Shown here: positions 1 to 8,325 of the stretch, one piece after another | Layout of the letters: each line of letters begins with the position of its first letter | Position numbering within the stretch: the stretch's first letter is position 1 | Assembly: GCA_031372065.1 (NCBI GenBank) | Contig: JANMKN010000144.1 | Span: forward strand, 1-15,497 | Direction of reading: 5' to 3' | Length of the DNA stretch: 15,497 bases | Source: Abditibacteriaceae bacterium | GTDB taxonomy: Bacteria > Armatimonadota > Abditibacteriia > Abditibacteriales > Abditibacteriaceae | Made by a program: the position numbers and the translations under genes | The notes under the pieces: model-generated | The model's input: the letters and a program-made list of their open reading frames with translations, nothing else | What the model was told of the DNA's origin: nothing | The model's database searches: none

Positions 1-1362
1 TTTCTGCGCGGAAAAAGCCATGTCGAAGGTGTGCTGAAACCAAGGGCCACTCTTGCTGTAGGCGGCATCGGGATAAGCCGCCATGTCGGTGTGTGAAAAG
101 CCGTCCACATCGGCGAGGCCGCTCAGCAGAGGCGTCCCTCCGGGCGGGCTTAACAAAGAGAACGCAACAATTTGTTCCAAGCCGCGCGCCTGATTTTTCC
201 ACACAATGGGAGCCGCGCCATCGCCTAAAGGCGCGCTTTTCCAGACGCCATACCAATCGAAAAATAGCACTTCGTCGCTGGAGACATCAAACGTCAGGGC
301 CGCGACATGGGAAGCGAAAGCGCGGTCGCCAAGCGTCTTTTTCTGCCAGGGCACACTGTTTTGCGGTTCGTTATCAAGTTTTTTCCAGGTTTCCCCTCCG
401 TCTTTCGACAGAAAAAATCGCGTTTTTTCCAGTTGGTTGGTGGCCGTGACGAGCGTTTTTTCGTCGCGCGGATGAACCGCGAAGGCGCTAAAGCCGTTTG
501 GCGCGTCCGAGGGCGAAACCGGCGGCGTAATGTCGCTCCAAACGGTGCCGTCCCACTTCCAAAGTCCGCCGCGCGCCGCATTTCCTTCGGCTTTGGCGCC
601 TTCCGCCGTCACCAGCAAACCATCAGCAACAAGTGCAAGGCGCAGCGCATTGGCGGGCGCGCCTTCGAGAACACTCCAGTTCGCGCCGCCATCGCGCGAA
701 ACCGAAATGCCCGCGCCAAAACTATTGACGTAAATCAGGTCGCGCGTTTTACCAATCAAGGCGATGGAAACGATGCCGATGCCTTTCTTGCCGGTTTGAG
801 GCAGCGTCGCGCGCGTCCAAGTTTGTCCGGCATCGCGCGACTGCCAAAGTTCTCCGGCGCGCGAGCCGAACATCAGATGCTTGCCATCGAACGGATCCAC
901 CGCCAGGCGTTCGCCGCCCCAGCGCCGATCTTCGTTGCCGCCCATTGGGATTTCGAGCGGCAGCTTCTTCCACGTCTTTCCGCTGTCAGCCGAGCGAAAA
1001 ATCGCGCCGTTTCCGGCCCAGTCAGCGGCGTATTTGCCCGCCGCGATGTATAAAATCGTGGGGTTTTGCGGGTCGAACGCGAAGCCTTCGCCACCGTAAT
1101 AATTGGATTGCGATGATGGGAAGCCATCCGAAATCGGCTGCCACGTTTCGCCGTCGCGCCGGTAAAAGCCGCCGACATCGGTGCGAATAAAGGTCGCGTT
1201 TTGCGTGGGATGCGAGAATACGCCGGTGACATAACCGCCGCCGCCTATCGCTACGCTTTGCCAATCGTAGCGGGGCGCCGCAACTGGAGCCGGAGCCGCG
1301 AACGCAGGTGCCAGCGAAGGCACCAGCAAAGCGGTGAGAAGAGTGAACGTAGAAGTTTTCAT
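1..1362 (-). CDS. Secreted GH74 xyloglucanase-like beta-propeller glycoside hydrolase (3' end beyond window start)
   Basis: Hand translation from ATG at 1362 is open to position 1 (454 codons, no stop), which is why the ORF track missed it. It has a signal peptide (MKTSTFTLLTALLVPSLAPAFA) and the GH74 motifs YDWQSVAIGGGGYVTG, FIRTDVGG (Asp62, codon 1177-1179), MGGNEDRRWGGERLAVDP and GLEQIVAFSLLSPPGGTPLLSGLADVDGFSHTD (Asp418, codon 109-111). Asp-boxes: SADSGKTW, SRDAGQTW, SKDGGETW. Confidence 0.88.
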   Translation of the reverse strand, partial: MKTSTFTLLTALLVPSLAPAFAAPAPVAAPRYDWQSVAIGGGGYVTGVFSHPTQNATFIRTDVGGFYRRDGETWQPISDGFPSSQSNYYGGEGFAFDPQNPTILYIAAGKYAADWAGNGAIFRSADSGKTWKKLPLEIPMGGNEDRRWGGERLAVDPFDGKHLMFGSRAGELWQSRDAGQTWTRATLPQTGKKGIGIVSIALIGKTRDLIYVNSFGAGISVSRDGGANWSVLEGAPANALRLALVADGLLVTAEGAKAEGNAARGGLWKWDGTVWSDITPPVSPSDAPNGFSAFAVHPRDEKTLVTATNQLEKTRFFLSKDGGETWKKLDNEPQNSVPWQKKTLGDRAFASHVAALTFDVSSDEVLFFDWYGVWKSAPLGDGAAPIVWKNQARGLEQIVAFSLLSPPGGTPLLSGLADVDGFSHTDMAAYPDAAYSKSGPWFQHTFDMAFSAQK

Positions 1363-1391
1363 AATGTTAAAAGTTGAGTAAGCCGCTGTTG

Positions 1392-1417
1392 AAGGGCAGT
1401 CGAACTCGACCGTCTTT
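1392..1417. repeat. Short imperfect intergenic palindrome (REP-like hairpin)
   Basis: aagggcagtcg-aact-cgaccgtcttt lies in the 58-bp gap between the two GH genes. Core stem gtcg/cgac is extended by G-U pairs and one mismatch. Confidence 0.45.
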
Positions 1418-1420
1418 ATG

Positions 1421-4400
1421 CTACGGCAATATTAAACGCAGGCCTTTCGTGTCGCCTAACGTGAGCGTTTGCTTGAGGAAGTTGGAATCGTTATCGGCGA
1501 GGGTGAGCGACAAGCGGAACGGCGCGCTTCCGGCCAGAGTTTTCGGCATCGTCAGCGCATACAGGGTGTTCCCACCTTCGCGCGTGATCGTTGTCTGGAT
1601 ATTTGGTGTTCCGGTTGCGACTGATTTGCCGCCGACAAGTCCGGCTGTCGCGTCCACGAGCGTTTTTCCTGCCTCATCGCGCATGAAAACACGCAAGCTA
1701 TCGGCGTTTTTGAGTTCGTTCGCACTGGGCGCTTCAACCAGTTGGTCGTCCGTCACCGCAACATACAGGTGCAGGTTTGCACCGCTTTCGCGCAGCCAGA
1801 CGAGGGCCAACAAATCTTTTTCGCCCTTATACCAGCGCGATTGTTCGGGTTCTTTGACAAAGAAGTTGGTGACGTTTTCGCCGCCTAAAACTGCGAGCGG
1901 CTGCAACGGCATCCAGTCGGCGCGCGTGGCCGGAATCGCGCCGCCCAACATCGGAATCGGTGCGCTAATTTGCACCGGCACGACTTGTTTGGACAACACT
2001 TTTCCCTTCGCCACAAGCGAAACGACCACGCGGTCGGGGTCGGTTCCGGCGCTGAGTGCCAGAGCGCGTTCTTTTGGCCCGCCGAACTCCAATTTCCAGC
2101 CGCCCGAACCGCTGAGAACAAGGACGGAGATGATGTTGCGGCCTTTTTTTAGCGGCAAATCGAAGGTGTGATCGGCCAAACCGCCGTGTTCGTTGCCCTT
2201 TTCGAGCGTGTTATAAACCTCGCGTCCGTTGACATTCCATCTCATATACCAGTCGGCGCTGGCCGCGACCGGCAAAACCATGTCGCGCGGCGCGTCTATT
2301 GTCGAAACCGCCAATGCCGCGCGCTTTTCGCCGAATCCGCCCGCCACGCGCGCGAGTTCCAAACGCTCTCCGCCGGGGAAACTTTGACTCGCAACAAATT
2401 GCCCTGTGACCGCGTTTTGAGCGCCCGCAACCGTGTCCGGCATCGAATTCAAAGCGTCGGGCGACAGTTTGGCGGCGTCCACATCGGTGAACACTTTCCA
2501 CCACGTCGGCAATGCAAGCGGCAAATCGGATTTGCTCAAAGCGACCGAAATTTGCGAGAAAACCGGCTCGCCATCGGCGCGCAGCATGATTTTCGCGGGC
2601 ATCGCCGTCGCTTTAATCGGCAAGCGCGCAAAAGTCTCAACCTTGATTTCGGCGGACTGCGCTTTTGCGTCGGGGTTGCGCGCCAAAACCGGAATTTGAG
2701 TCGTCGCGCCCACAAGCAACGGTTCTTCAGCGCGCACGGTTAACAGCAAAGGCGCGACATCAACTAAAGAAGTGGCTCCGCTCGACTGCCACGAAACGAA
2801 CATCGGTTCGATGCCGACAGGCACCGTGGCAATGTTGCCGGCAACGATTTTTGTAGGCGTTGCGTTGCCGAATAAATCGTAATTCTGCGCGCTCGTAACC
2901 TTGCCGCCGCGCGCGTCCAGACGCAGCGAGACATCGAACTGCGCCGGAGCTTCCGACCACGCCACAAGCGTTTTGCGGCCTGTAGCCGCGCCCTTAGCAT
3001 CGCGTTCTTCAAACAAATGCGCTTGAATTCCGGGCGCGCCCATCGCTTTGGCGAAATCCACATCTTTGACGAAATGGTGGTGGCGCAAGCGTTCAACTAA
3101 GTTGCGATACGCCATCACCGACGGGCGCGGCTCCAGGCGATGATCGGTCATGCCATAGCCGCCTTCGCTGCCGTCGCCTTCCATGAACAAGCGGAAAAAC
3201 ATGAAAGTTTCCATCCGCTGCGACTGCGCGTAGGTCAGTTTTTCGACTGTTGTGCGCGCTTGCTCCATCAAGCCATTGCGGTCGTTGCCCGAAAAGCCCG
3301 ATTCGGTTTCAATAAAGCGCGCGTTCGGCTTGCCGCCTTTGGCTGCCGCATCGCGCACGCGGTTCAAGTTGTCGCGCTCCGATTCGCCGCCTTTGCCGTG
3401 ACCGTGATACGCGATGGCATCGAACAATACGCCGTCCGCGATCTGAAGAAATTCGTAGGAACGCTTTTCGCCCTCCGGCCCGGCGAACGACAAACCGCCG
3501 TTCATCACAACGGTGGCTTCAGGCCCCAGTCCGCTTTGCGCCGCGCCTTTCTTGATGGCGGCGCGCATCTCTGCAAAAGCCTGTGCATATTCGGCCATCG
3601 TGCCGGGATAAAAGCCTCTCAAATCCGGCTCGTTGCCCAACTCCCAAAAGCGAATTTTGCCGAAGCCGCGTCCCGCATAAAGGCGAGCGATTTCTTCCAA
3701 TCGCGCGGCAGTTTTCGCCAACTCCTCGTTGCGGCGATTGGCATCGCCGTTTTTGGGAGGGTCAATCATCAACATACCGCGCATATTTTCGGCGCTCAGA
3801 CGTTGCAGCGATTTGCCGATGTCCGCGACGTTCTGCGGCCCCTCGTTTTTGCGGTGCAAATCGCGCAGAATATCCACGCCCATCAGGCGATAAAACGCCA
3901 TGCCGTTTTTGTCCTGCGTATCGAAAATGTAAGTGTTGGCGGCGTCGAGTCCGAAGAGAAACTCGCCATCGCGCGCTTTGGGCAAAATGGCGTTGCTGAC
4001 CACGCCTAAACGCAAAGTGCGCGTGTAAATCGGCGTCTTGTCGCTTTGCGCTAAAAACAGCGACAGCTTCGCGTCATAGGGGCCAAGCGGCCAACGGCTC
4101 GTGTCGAAAACAAGTGGCAGCGTCGTGTTCGCCCCGGCTGCGAGCGTGAGTGTTCCCGTTGCGCTGTGGCGATTTTTGTCGTCATAAGCGGACACGTCGA
4201 AACGATAAAACACGGGCCGCGCGACGCCTGCCTTATTTTGAATCGGCACGCGAATCTCGTGGCGCACCGCACGCAGAAAAACGAAAATCCCGCCCGCCGT
4301 GTCGGTTTCGATGGTGCCGGTTTGGAGCATCTGCGCCCAGTTCCCGTTTTCTTGCGGCGCGACGGCAACTCCAATCGGAGCTTCGGCAGCGAGTGCGGGC

Positions 4401-4477
4401 GTTGCGCTCGAAAGCGCCAGAACCAGCGCGCCAAGCAATTGCCCAAGCAACGCCGGAATGGGGTGTGATTTATTCAT
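1421..4477 (-). CDS. Secreted multidomain clan GH-A glycoside hydrolase (GH39-like TIM barrel) with Ig/beta-sandwich domains and a C-terminal CBM9/DOMON-like domain
   Basis: ATG at 4477 is preferred over 4576 because it opens a signal peptide (MNKSHPIPALLGQLLGALVLALSSATPALA-AE) and leaves room for the divergent promoter. Acid/base motif FWELGNEPD (Glu codon 3629-3631), DAIAYHGHG, nucleophile motif FIETESG (Glu codon 3302-3304). The C-terminal LHLYVAVTDD...ADSLRVF resembles a CBM9-like sugar-binding domain. 1018 aa. Confidence 0.75.
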   Translation of the reverse strand: MNKSHPIPALLGQLLGALVLALSSATPALAAEAPIGVAVAPQENGNWAQMLQTGTIETDTAGGIFVFLRAVRHEIRVPIQNKAGVARPVFYRFDVSAYDDKNRHSATGTLTLAAGANTTLPLVFDTSRWPLGPYDAKLSLFLAQSDKTPIYTRTLRLGVVSNAILPKARDGEFLFGLDAANTYIFDTQDKNGMAFYRLMGVDILRDLHRKNEGPQNVADIGKSLQRLSAENMRGMLMIDPPKNGDANRRNEELAKTAARLEEIARLYAGRGFGKIRFWELGNEPDLRGFYPGTMAEYAQAFAEMRAAIKKGAAQSGLGPEATVVMNGGLSFAGPEGEKRSYEFLQIADGVLFDAIAYHGHGKGGESERDNLNRVRDAAAKGGKPNARFIETESGFSGNDRNGLMEQARTTVEKLTYAQSQRMETFMFFRLFMEGDGSEGGYGMTDHRLEPRPSVMAYRNLVERLRHHHFVKDVDFAKAMGAPGIQAHLFEERDAKGAATGRKTLVAWSEAPAQFDVSLRLDARGGKVTSAQNYDLFGNATPTKIVAGNIATVPVGIEPMFVSWQSSGATSLVDVAPLLLTVRAEEPLLVGATTQIPVLARNPDAKAQSAEIKVETFARLPIKATAMPAKIMLRADGEPVFSQISVALSKSDLPLALPTWWKVFTDVDAAKLSPDALNSMPDTVAGAQNAVTGQFVASQSFPGGERLELARVAGGFGEKRAALAVSTIDAPRDMVLPVAASADWYMRWNVNGREVYNTLEKGNEHGGLADHTFDLPLKKGRNIISVLVLSGSGGWKLEFGGPKERALALSAGTDPDRVVVSLVAKGKVLSKQVVPVQISAPIPMLGGAIPATRADWMPLQPLAVLGGENVTNFFVKEPEQSRWYKGEKDLLALVWLRESGANLHLYVAVTDDQLVEAPSANELKNADSLRVFMRDEAGKTLVDATAGLVGGKSVATGTPNIQTTITREGGNTLYALTMPKTLAGSAPFRLSLTLADNDSNFLKQTLTLGDTKGLRLILP

Positions 4478-4565
4478 GATATTTTCTGAGAACGAACTCA
4501 TTACGCTCCATAATGTTGGCGCATAAGGACGACCTTTATTTTGCTCTTCCTCACCTGTAACTCTG

Positions 4566-4582
4566 TGGTATACCATATACCA
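4566..4582. promoter_or_regulatory. FadR-subfamily GntR operator (palindrome plus extra direct-repeat half-site)
   Basis: Perfect palindrome TGGTATACCA at 4566-4575 matches the core of the FadR-subfamily consensus TGGT-N2/3-ACCA (UxuR/ExuR/PdhR/LldR type). TATACCA occurs twice in tandem (4569-4575, 4576-4582). The site lies between the divergent GH gene and the FadR-type regulator. Confidence 0.75.
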
Positions 4583-4615
4583 ACCGCGAGAAACGCCGGG
4601 AATTGAGAGGTTTTC

Positions 4616-5377
4616 ATGAAAAATATCCAGGAGTTTGAGGCTTTAGAGCGCGGGGCAACCCTGGCGAACCGGGTGGTAGCGCGCTTGGAGGGCATGATTG
4701 TCGAACAGGAATTGCGGCCTGGCGACCGCTTGCCGCCTGAACGAGAATTGGCGCGGCAGTTCGGAGTTTCGCGCACCGTGGTGCGTGAAGCCGTCACGCA
4801 TTTGAGCGCCAAGTCGTTGCTCCAAGCCGCTCCGGGCGGCGGTGCGCTCGTCAAAGTGCCCGACGCCGGTCATGTGTCGCAGGGCATGACGCTCCTGCTC
4901 TGCGCGGGAGAACGCAAAGTTCCCGGCCCACAGATTCAGGAAGTGCGCCGAATGTTAGAAACCGAAATCGCCGGATATGCCGCCCTGCGTCGCAGCACCG
5001 AAGACATCGCCGCGTTGCGTCAACTTTTGGACGAAATGGTGGTTTTGAATACGCGACACGACGAAGCAAGCCTGGAAAAGTTGGTCGCCAACGATGTCGG
5101 GTTTCACGCGGCCTTAGCGCGGGCCACGCAAAACCTGCTTTTCAGCGTGCTGTTGGATTCGGTTGCCGACATCATGCTCGCTGTGCGCCGGGTGGGACTT
5201 CGCATTGAAGACTCGCGCGTGGGCGCCCTCGCGCATCACCGCGCCATTTTCGCGGCGGTCGAGGCGGGCAGTGAAAGCGCCGCGCGCACTGCGATGGGCC
5301 ATCATCTGACGGAATCGGAGGCTGTGATGCAGCGCGCCATGACAAAAATGGCCGAGGAGACGACTCCGACAGCATGA
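4616..5377 (+). CDS. GntR family transcriptional regulator, FadR subfamily (wHTH + FCD domain)
   Basis: wHTH motif LRPGDRLPPERELARQFGVSRTVVREA. FCD motifs RRMLETEIA, DVGFHAALARATQN, HHRAIFAAV and MGHHL. RBS-like gagagg 5 nt before the ATG. Confidence 0.95.
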   Translation: MKNIQEFEALERGATLANRVVARLEGMIVEQELRPGDRLPPERELARQFGVSRTVVREAVTHLSAKSLLQAAPGGGALVKVPDAGHVSQGMTLLLCAGERKVPGPQIQEVRRMLETEIAGYAALRRSTEDIAALRQLLDEMVVLNTRHDEASLEKLVANDVGFHAALARATQNLLFSVLLDSVADIMLAVRRVGLRIEDSRVGALAHHRAIFAAVEAGSESAARTAMGHHLTESEAVMQRAMTKMAEETTPTA

Positions 5378-6438
5378 CGACGCCGATGGGACAAATCTCT
5401 GCTTCTTCACAACATCCGTCGCCGCTGCGATTCGCCATTTTCGGCACTGGTTTCTGGGCACGCTTCCAACTCGCCGCATGGCGCGAGCTGGAAGGCGTGC
5501 AGTGCGTGGCGCTTTTCAATCGCACTGTCGCCAAAGCACAGCAATTGGCGGCGCAGTTTGATATTCCGGCGGTTTATGGCGACGCGGAAGCACTTTTAAA
5601 AGCGGAGCGGCTGGATTTTCTCGACATTATCACCGACGTGGAAACGCACCCGCGCTTTGTCGAAATGGCGGCCAAATACGGCGTTCCGGTCATCTGCCAG
5701 AAGCCGATGGCGCCCAATTTGGAAACGGCGCGCCGCATGGCTCAAACCTGCCGCGCGGCGGGAATTCCCTTGTGGATTCACGAAAATTGGCGTTTTCAAA
5801 CCCCGATTCAAGCACTTAAAGCCGAACTGGAACGCGCGCCGATTGGCACGCCGTTTCGCTTCAACCTCAAGATGGTGACGGGCTTTCCCGTTTTCGCCAA
5901 CCAGCCTTTCCTCAAAGAATTGGAGCAATTTCTCATCGCCGATTTGGGTTCGCATCTTTTTGATGTGGTTCGGTTCTTGGCCGGTGAAGCCCAAAGCGTT
6001 TATTGCACCACGCAACGCATCCATACCGATATTCGCGGCGAAGATTGCGTCACGGCCACTTTCATAATGCAAAGCGGCGCGACGGTGGTTTGCCAGATGG
6101 CTTATGCCGAAAATTTCCTTGAAGTCGAACGCTTTCCCGAAACCCTGATTTTCGTCGAAGGGTCGCACGGTTCGATTGAATTGGCGCCCGATTGCTGGAT
6201 TCGCACCACAACCCGCGAAGGCACCTTCGCCAAACGCGCCGTGCCACATCATTATGCGTGGGCAGACCCGGCTTACGACTTGGTTCACGCCTCGATTGTG
6301 CCCTGCAACGCCGATATCTTGGCCGATGTGCGCGGCGAACGCGCTGCCCAGACACGCGCCGAGGATAATTTGAAGACCGCCGAACTGGTCTTTGCCGCTT
6401 ACGAGTCCACCGCGCGAAACCAAGTGGTGACGCTCTAA
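5374..6438 (+). CDS. apsD: Gfo/Idh/MocA oxidoreductase, D-apiose dehydrogenase (ApsD)-like
   Basis: Rossmann motif IFGTGFWA, CQKPMA, IHENWRFQTPIQA, VFANQPFL, IADLGSHLFDVVRFL, IRGED, RFPETLI and DNLKTAELVFAAYES. These match the ApsD subgroup as I recall it (CQKP rather than CEKP; HENxR; QPxL; FPETL). Adjacent to an ApnL-like gene. ATGA overlap with the regulator stop. The family call is firm; the substrate is inferred. Confidence 0.8.
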   Translation: MTTPMGQISASSQHPSPLRFAIFGTGFWARFQLAAWRELEGVQCVALFNRTVAKAQQLAAQFDIPAVYGDAEALLKAERLDFLDIITDVETHPRFVEMAAKYGVPVICQKPMAPNLETARRMAQTCRAAGIPLWIHENWRFQTPIQALKAELERAPIGTPFRFNLKMVTGFPVFANQPFLKELEQFLIADLGSHLFDVVRFLAGEAQSVYCTTQRIHTDIRGEDCVTATFIMQSGATVVCQMAYAENFLEVERFPETLIFVEGSHGSIELAPDCWIRTTTREGTFAKRAVPHHYAWADPAYDLVHASIVPCNADILADVRGERAAQTRAEDNLKTAELVFAAYESTARNQVVTL

Positions 6439-6439
6439 A

Positions 6440-8309
6440 ATGAACACGATTTTACGCGCCGGCCCCTTGCAGTTGGTTTATGGAAACGGCGAAGTTCGCA
6501 GCCTCACTTTGGAATCAAGTGGCATTGAGGTCGTGCGCCGCATTTACGGCGCCGTCCGCGACCGCAACTGGGGCACGGTTCCGCTGCGAATTACTAACGA
6601 AAAAATCGAGGATGGCGGCGACCATTTTCATGTTTCGTTCGACGCGCTGCACACTCAGGCTTCGCACGGACTCAGAGGCAACTCGCGCAACGACATCGAG
6701 TTTCAATGGCACGGCGAGATTCGCGGCGGCGCCAATGGAACCGTTGTTTTCTCTTTCGATGGTCGGGCCAAAACTACCTTTGAACGCAATCGCATCGGCT
6801 TTTGCGTGCTGCATCCGATTCGAGAATGCGCGGGCGTGGCGGCCCGTGTCGAACAAAATGGAAGCATCGAAAACGCCCGCTTTCCGCGTCAAATCGCGCC
6901 GCACGAGCCGTTTCAAGACATCACGGCTCTCTGCCATCAAGTCGCGCCCGACCTGTGGGCGCGACTGGCATTCGAGGGCGAGGTTTTTGAAACCGAAGAC
7001 CAGCGCAACTGGATTGACGCGAGTTTCAAAACTTTTTCCACGCCACTTTCGCTGCCGTGCCCAGTGACGGTCGAAGCCGGAACGCACGTTTGGCAAAGCG
7101 TCACCTTAGATTTTTTGGGGTCAGTGCCTTCACAGGCAGGGCCGCACAACTCCCCCATTCTAAACCGCGACCCTCGAAAACAAGCCGTGCGCGTTGCCGT
7201 TGAGGCGGAGTCGGCGACAAGACTTGCGCCCATTGGCCTTTGTGTAGCAACAGTGGACGCTCCCAGCCAAGGGCAGCCTTTGATGCCGCGCGAAATCGAG
7301 GCGCTTCGGATGCTCCATTTAAATCACCTCCGCGTTGACCTGACTTTGCACAGTGATTATCAAGCCGCCTTGCGGCAGGCGGCGGGCGGCGGGCGAAGCG
7401 AATCTGCTGAATTGCGCTTTGGAAATCGCGGTTTTTCTGGGCCGTGAAAGCCCGGAAGCCATGCCGGAAGCCTTGCGGCAAGACGAAACTGCGCTGCTCC
7501 TTTCGCTGGCGGCACTTTTGGACGAACTCGCAACGCCGGTTCACGCTTTCCTCATTTTTGCCGATAATTTGCGGCCCGCGCCACGCAGCGTTTTGTTGGA
7601 AGCGCGGCGGATTTTAGGTCGCTTTGCGCCGGTTGGAAGCGGCTCAAACGCCAATTTCGCCGAATTCAATCGCCAGCCGATGGACGCGGAGGCGCTCGAT
7701 AGAGTGTCCTTCGCGGCGAATCCTCAGGTTCATGCCTTCGACGACCAATCGGTGATGGAAACACCCGAAGCCCTGCCCCACGTCGTGCAAAGTGCGCGCG
7801 TGCTGTTTCCCGGCAAAGGGGTGAGCATTTCTCCGCTCACTCTCAAACCACGCTTCAACGCCGTCGCCCTCGGCCCGGAGCGCGTGCCGCTCCCCGGCGA
7901 ATTGCCGCCGAATGTGGATGAGCGTCAAAAAGAGCCGTTCTGTGCGGCGTGGACGTTAGCTGTGCTGGCTGCACTGGCGCAAAGCGGGTTCGGCAGTGAA
8001 CACGACGGCTCGAAGATGAACGGGCCAGGAGACAGCCTGACGCTCTTTGAAACCATCGGCCCGCGCGGTGTGATGGACGAAGGCGGCCCGTTCCCCGTTT
8101 TTGAAGTGCTGCGCCAGATCGCACTTTTCAGGGGGCAAAAAGTGTATGGCACCACATCCACCGATGCACGGCGGGTGGCCGCTCTGGCCTTTCAAAGCGC
8201 ACTTTTTGTGGCAAATCTGAGCGACGAAACCCAAGCGGTGGATATTGAGGGACGGCAAGCGGAACTTTTGCCTTACGAAGTGCGGAAAATCGAGAGGAAA
8301 TCGTGTTAA
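6440..8309 (+). pseudogene. apnL: D-apionate lactonase (ApnL)-like gene split by a frameshift near 7379-7392 (real lesion or sequencing error)
   Basis: The N-half ORF 6440..7447 has LRAGPL, VRDRNWGT, NRIGFCVLHPI and FETEDQRNWIDASFKTFSTPLSLP. The C-half, in another frame (7353..8309), has NFAEFNR, NPQVHAFDDQSVMET and DERQKEPFCAAWT. Both sets match ApnL as I recall it. Removing one GCGGCGG unit joins them as ...LRQAAGEANLL..., giving 620 aa. Confidence 0.8.
7372..7395. repeat. 7-bp-period tandem repeat at the apnL frameshift
   Basis: GCGGCAG-GCGGCGG-GCGGCGG-GCG at 7372-7378, 7379-7385, 7386-7392 and 7393-7395. Confidence 0.85.
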
Positions 8310-8325
8310 AAGGATTCAGAAAATC

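Noticed and set aside
93..1264. ORF-track entries in the first 1.3 kb, including 307..1053 (+, 248 aa)
   Set aside because: They are antisense or out-of-frame shadows of the GH74 gene and carry no recognisable motifs.
1374..4526. Long + strand ORFs 1374..2171, 2168..2743, 3140..4009 and others
   Set aside because: They are antisense to the 1018-aa hydrolase, which is expected in GC-rich coding DNA.
4478..4576. 33-aa N-terminal extension of the GH-A ORF (start at 4576)
   Set aside because: It would bury the signal peptide and run across the operator/promoter region.
6648..6692. Weak internal repeat (gcac-actcag-gc twice) in apnL encoding HTQASHGLRGNSRN
   Set aside because: Too degenerate and in frame; it cannot be distinguished from a variable loop without an alignment.
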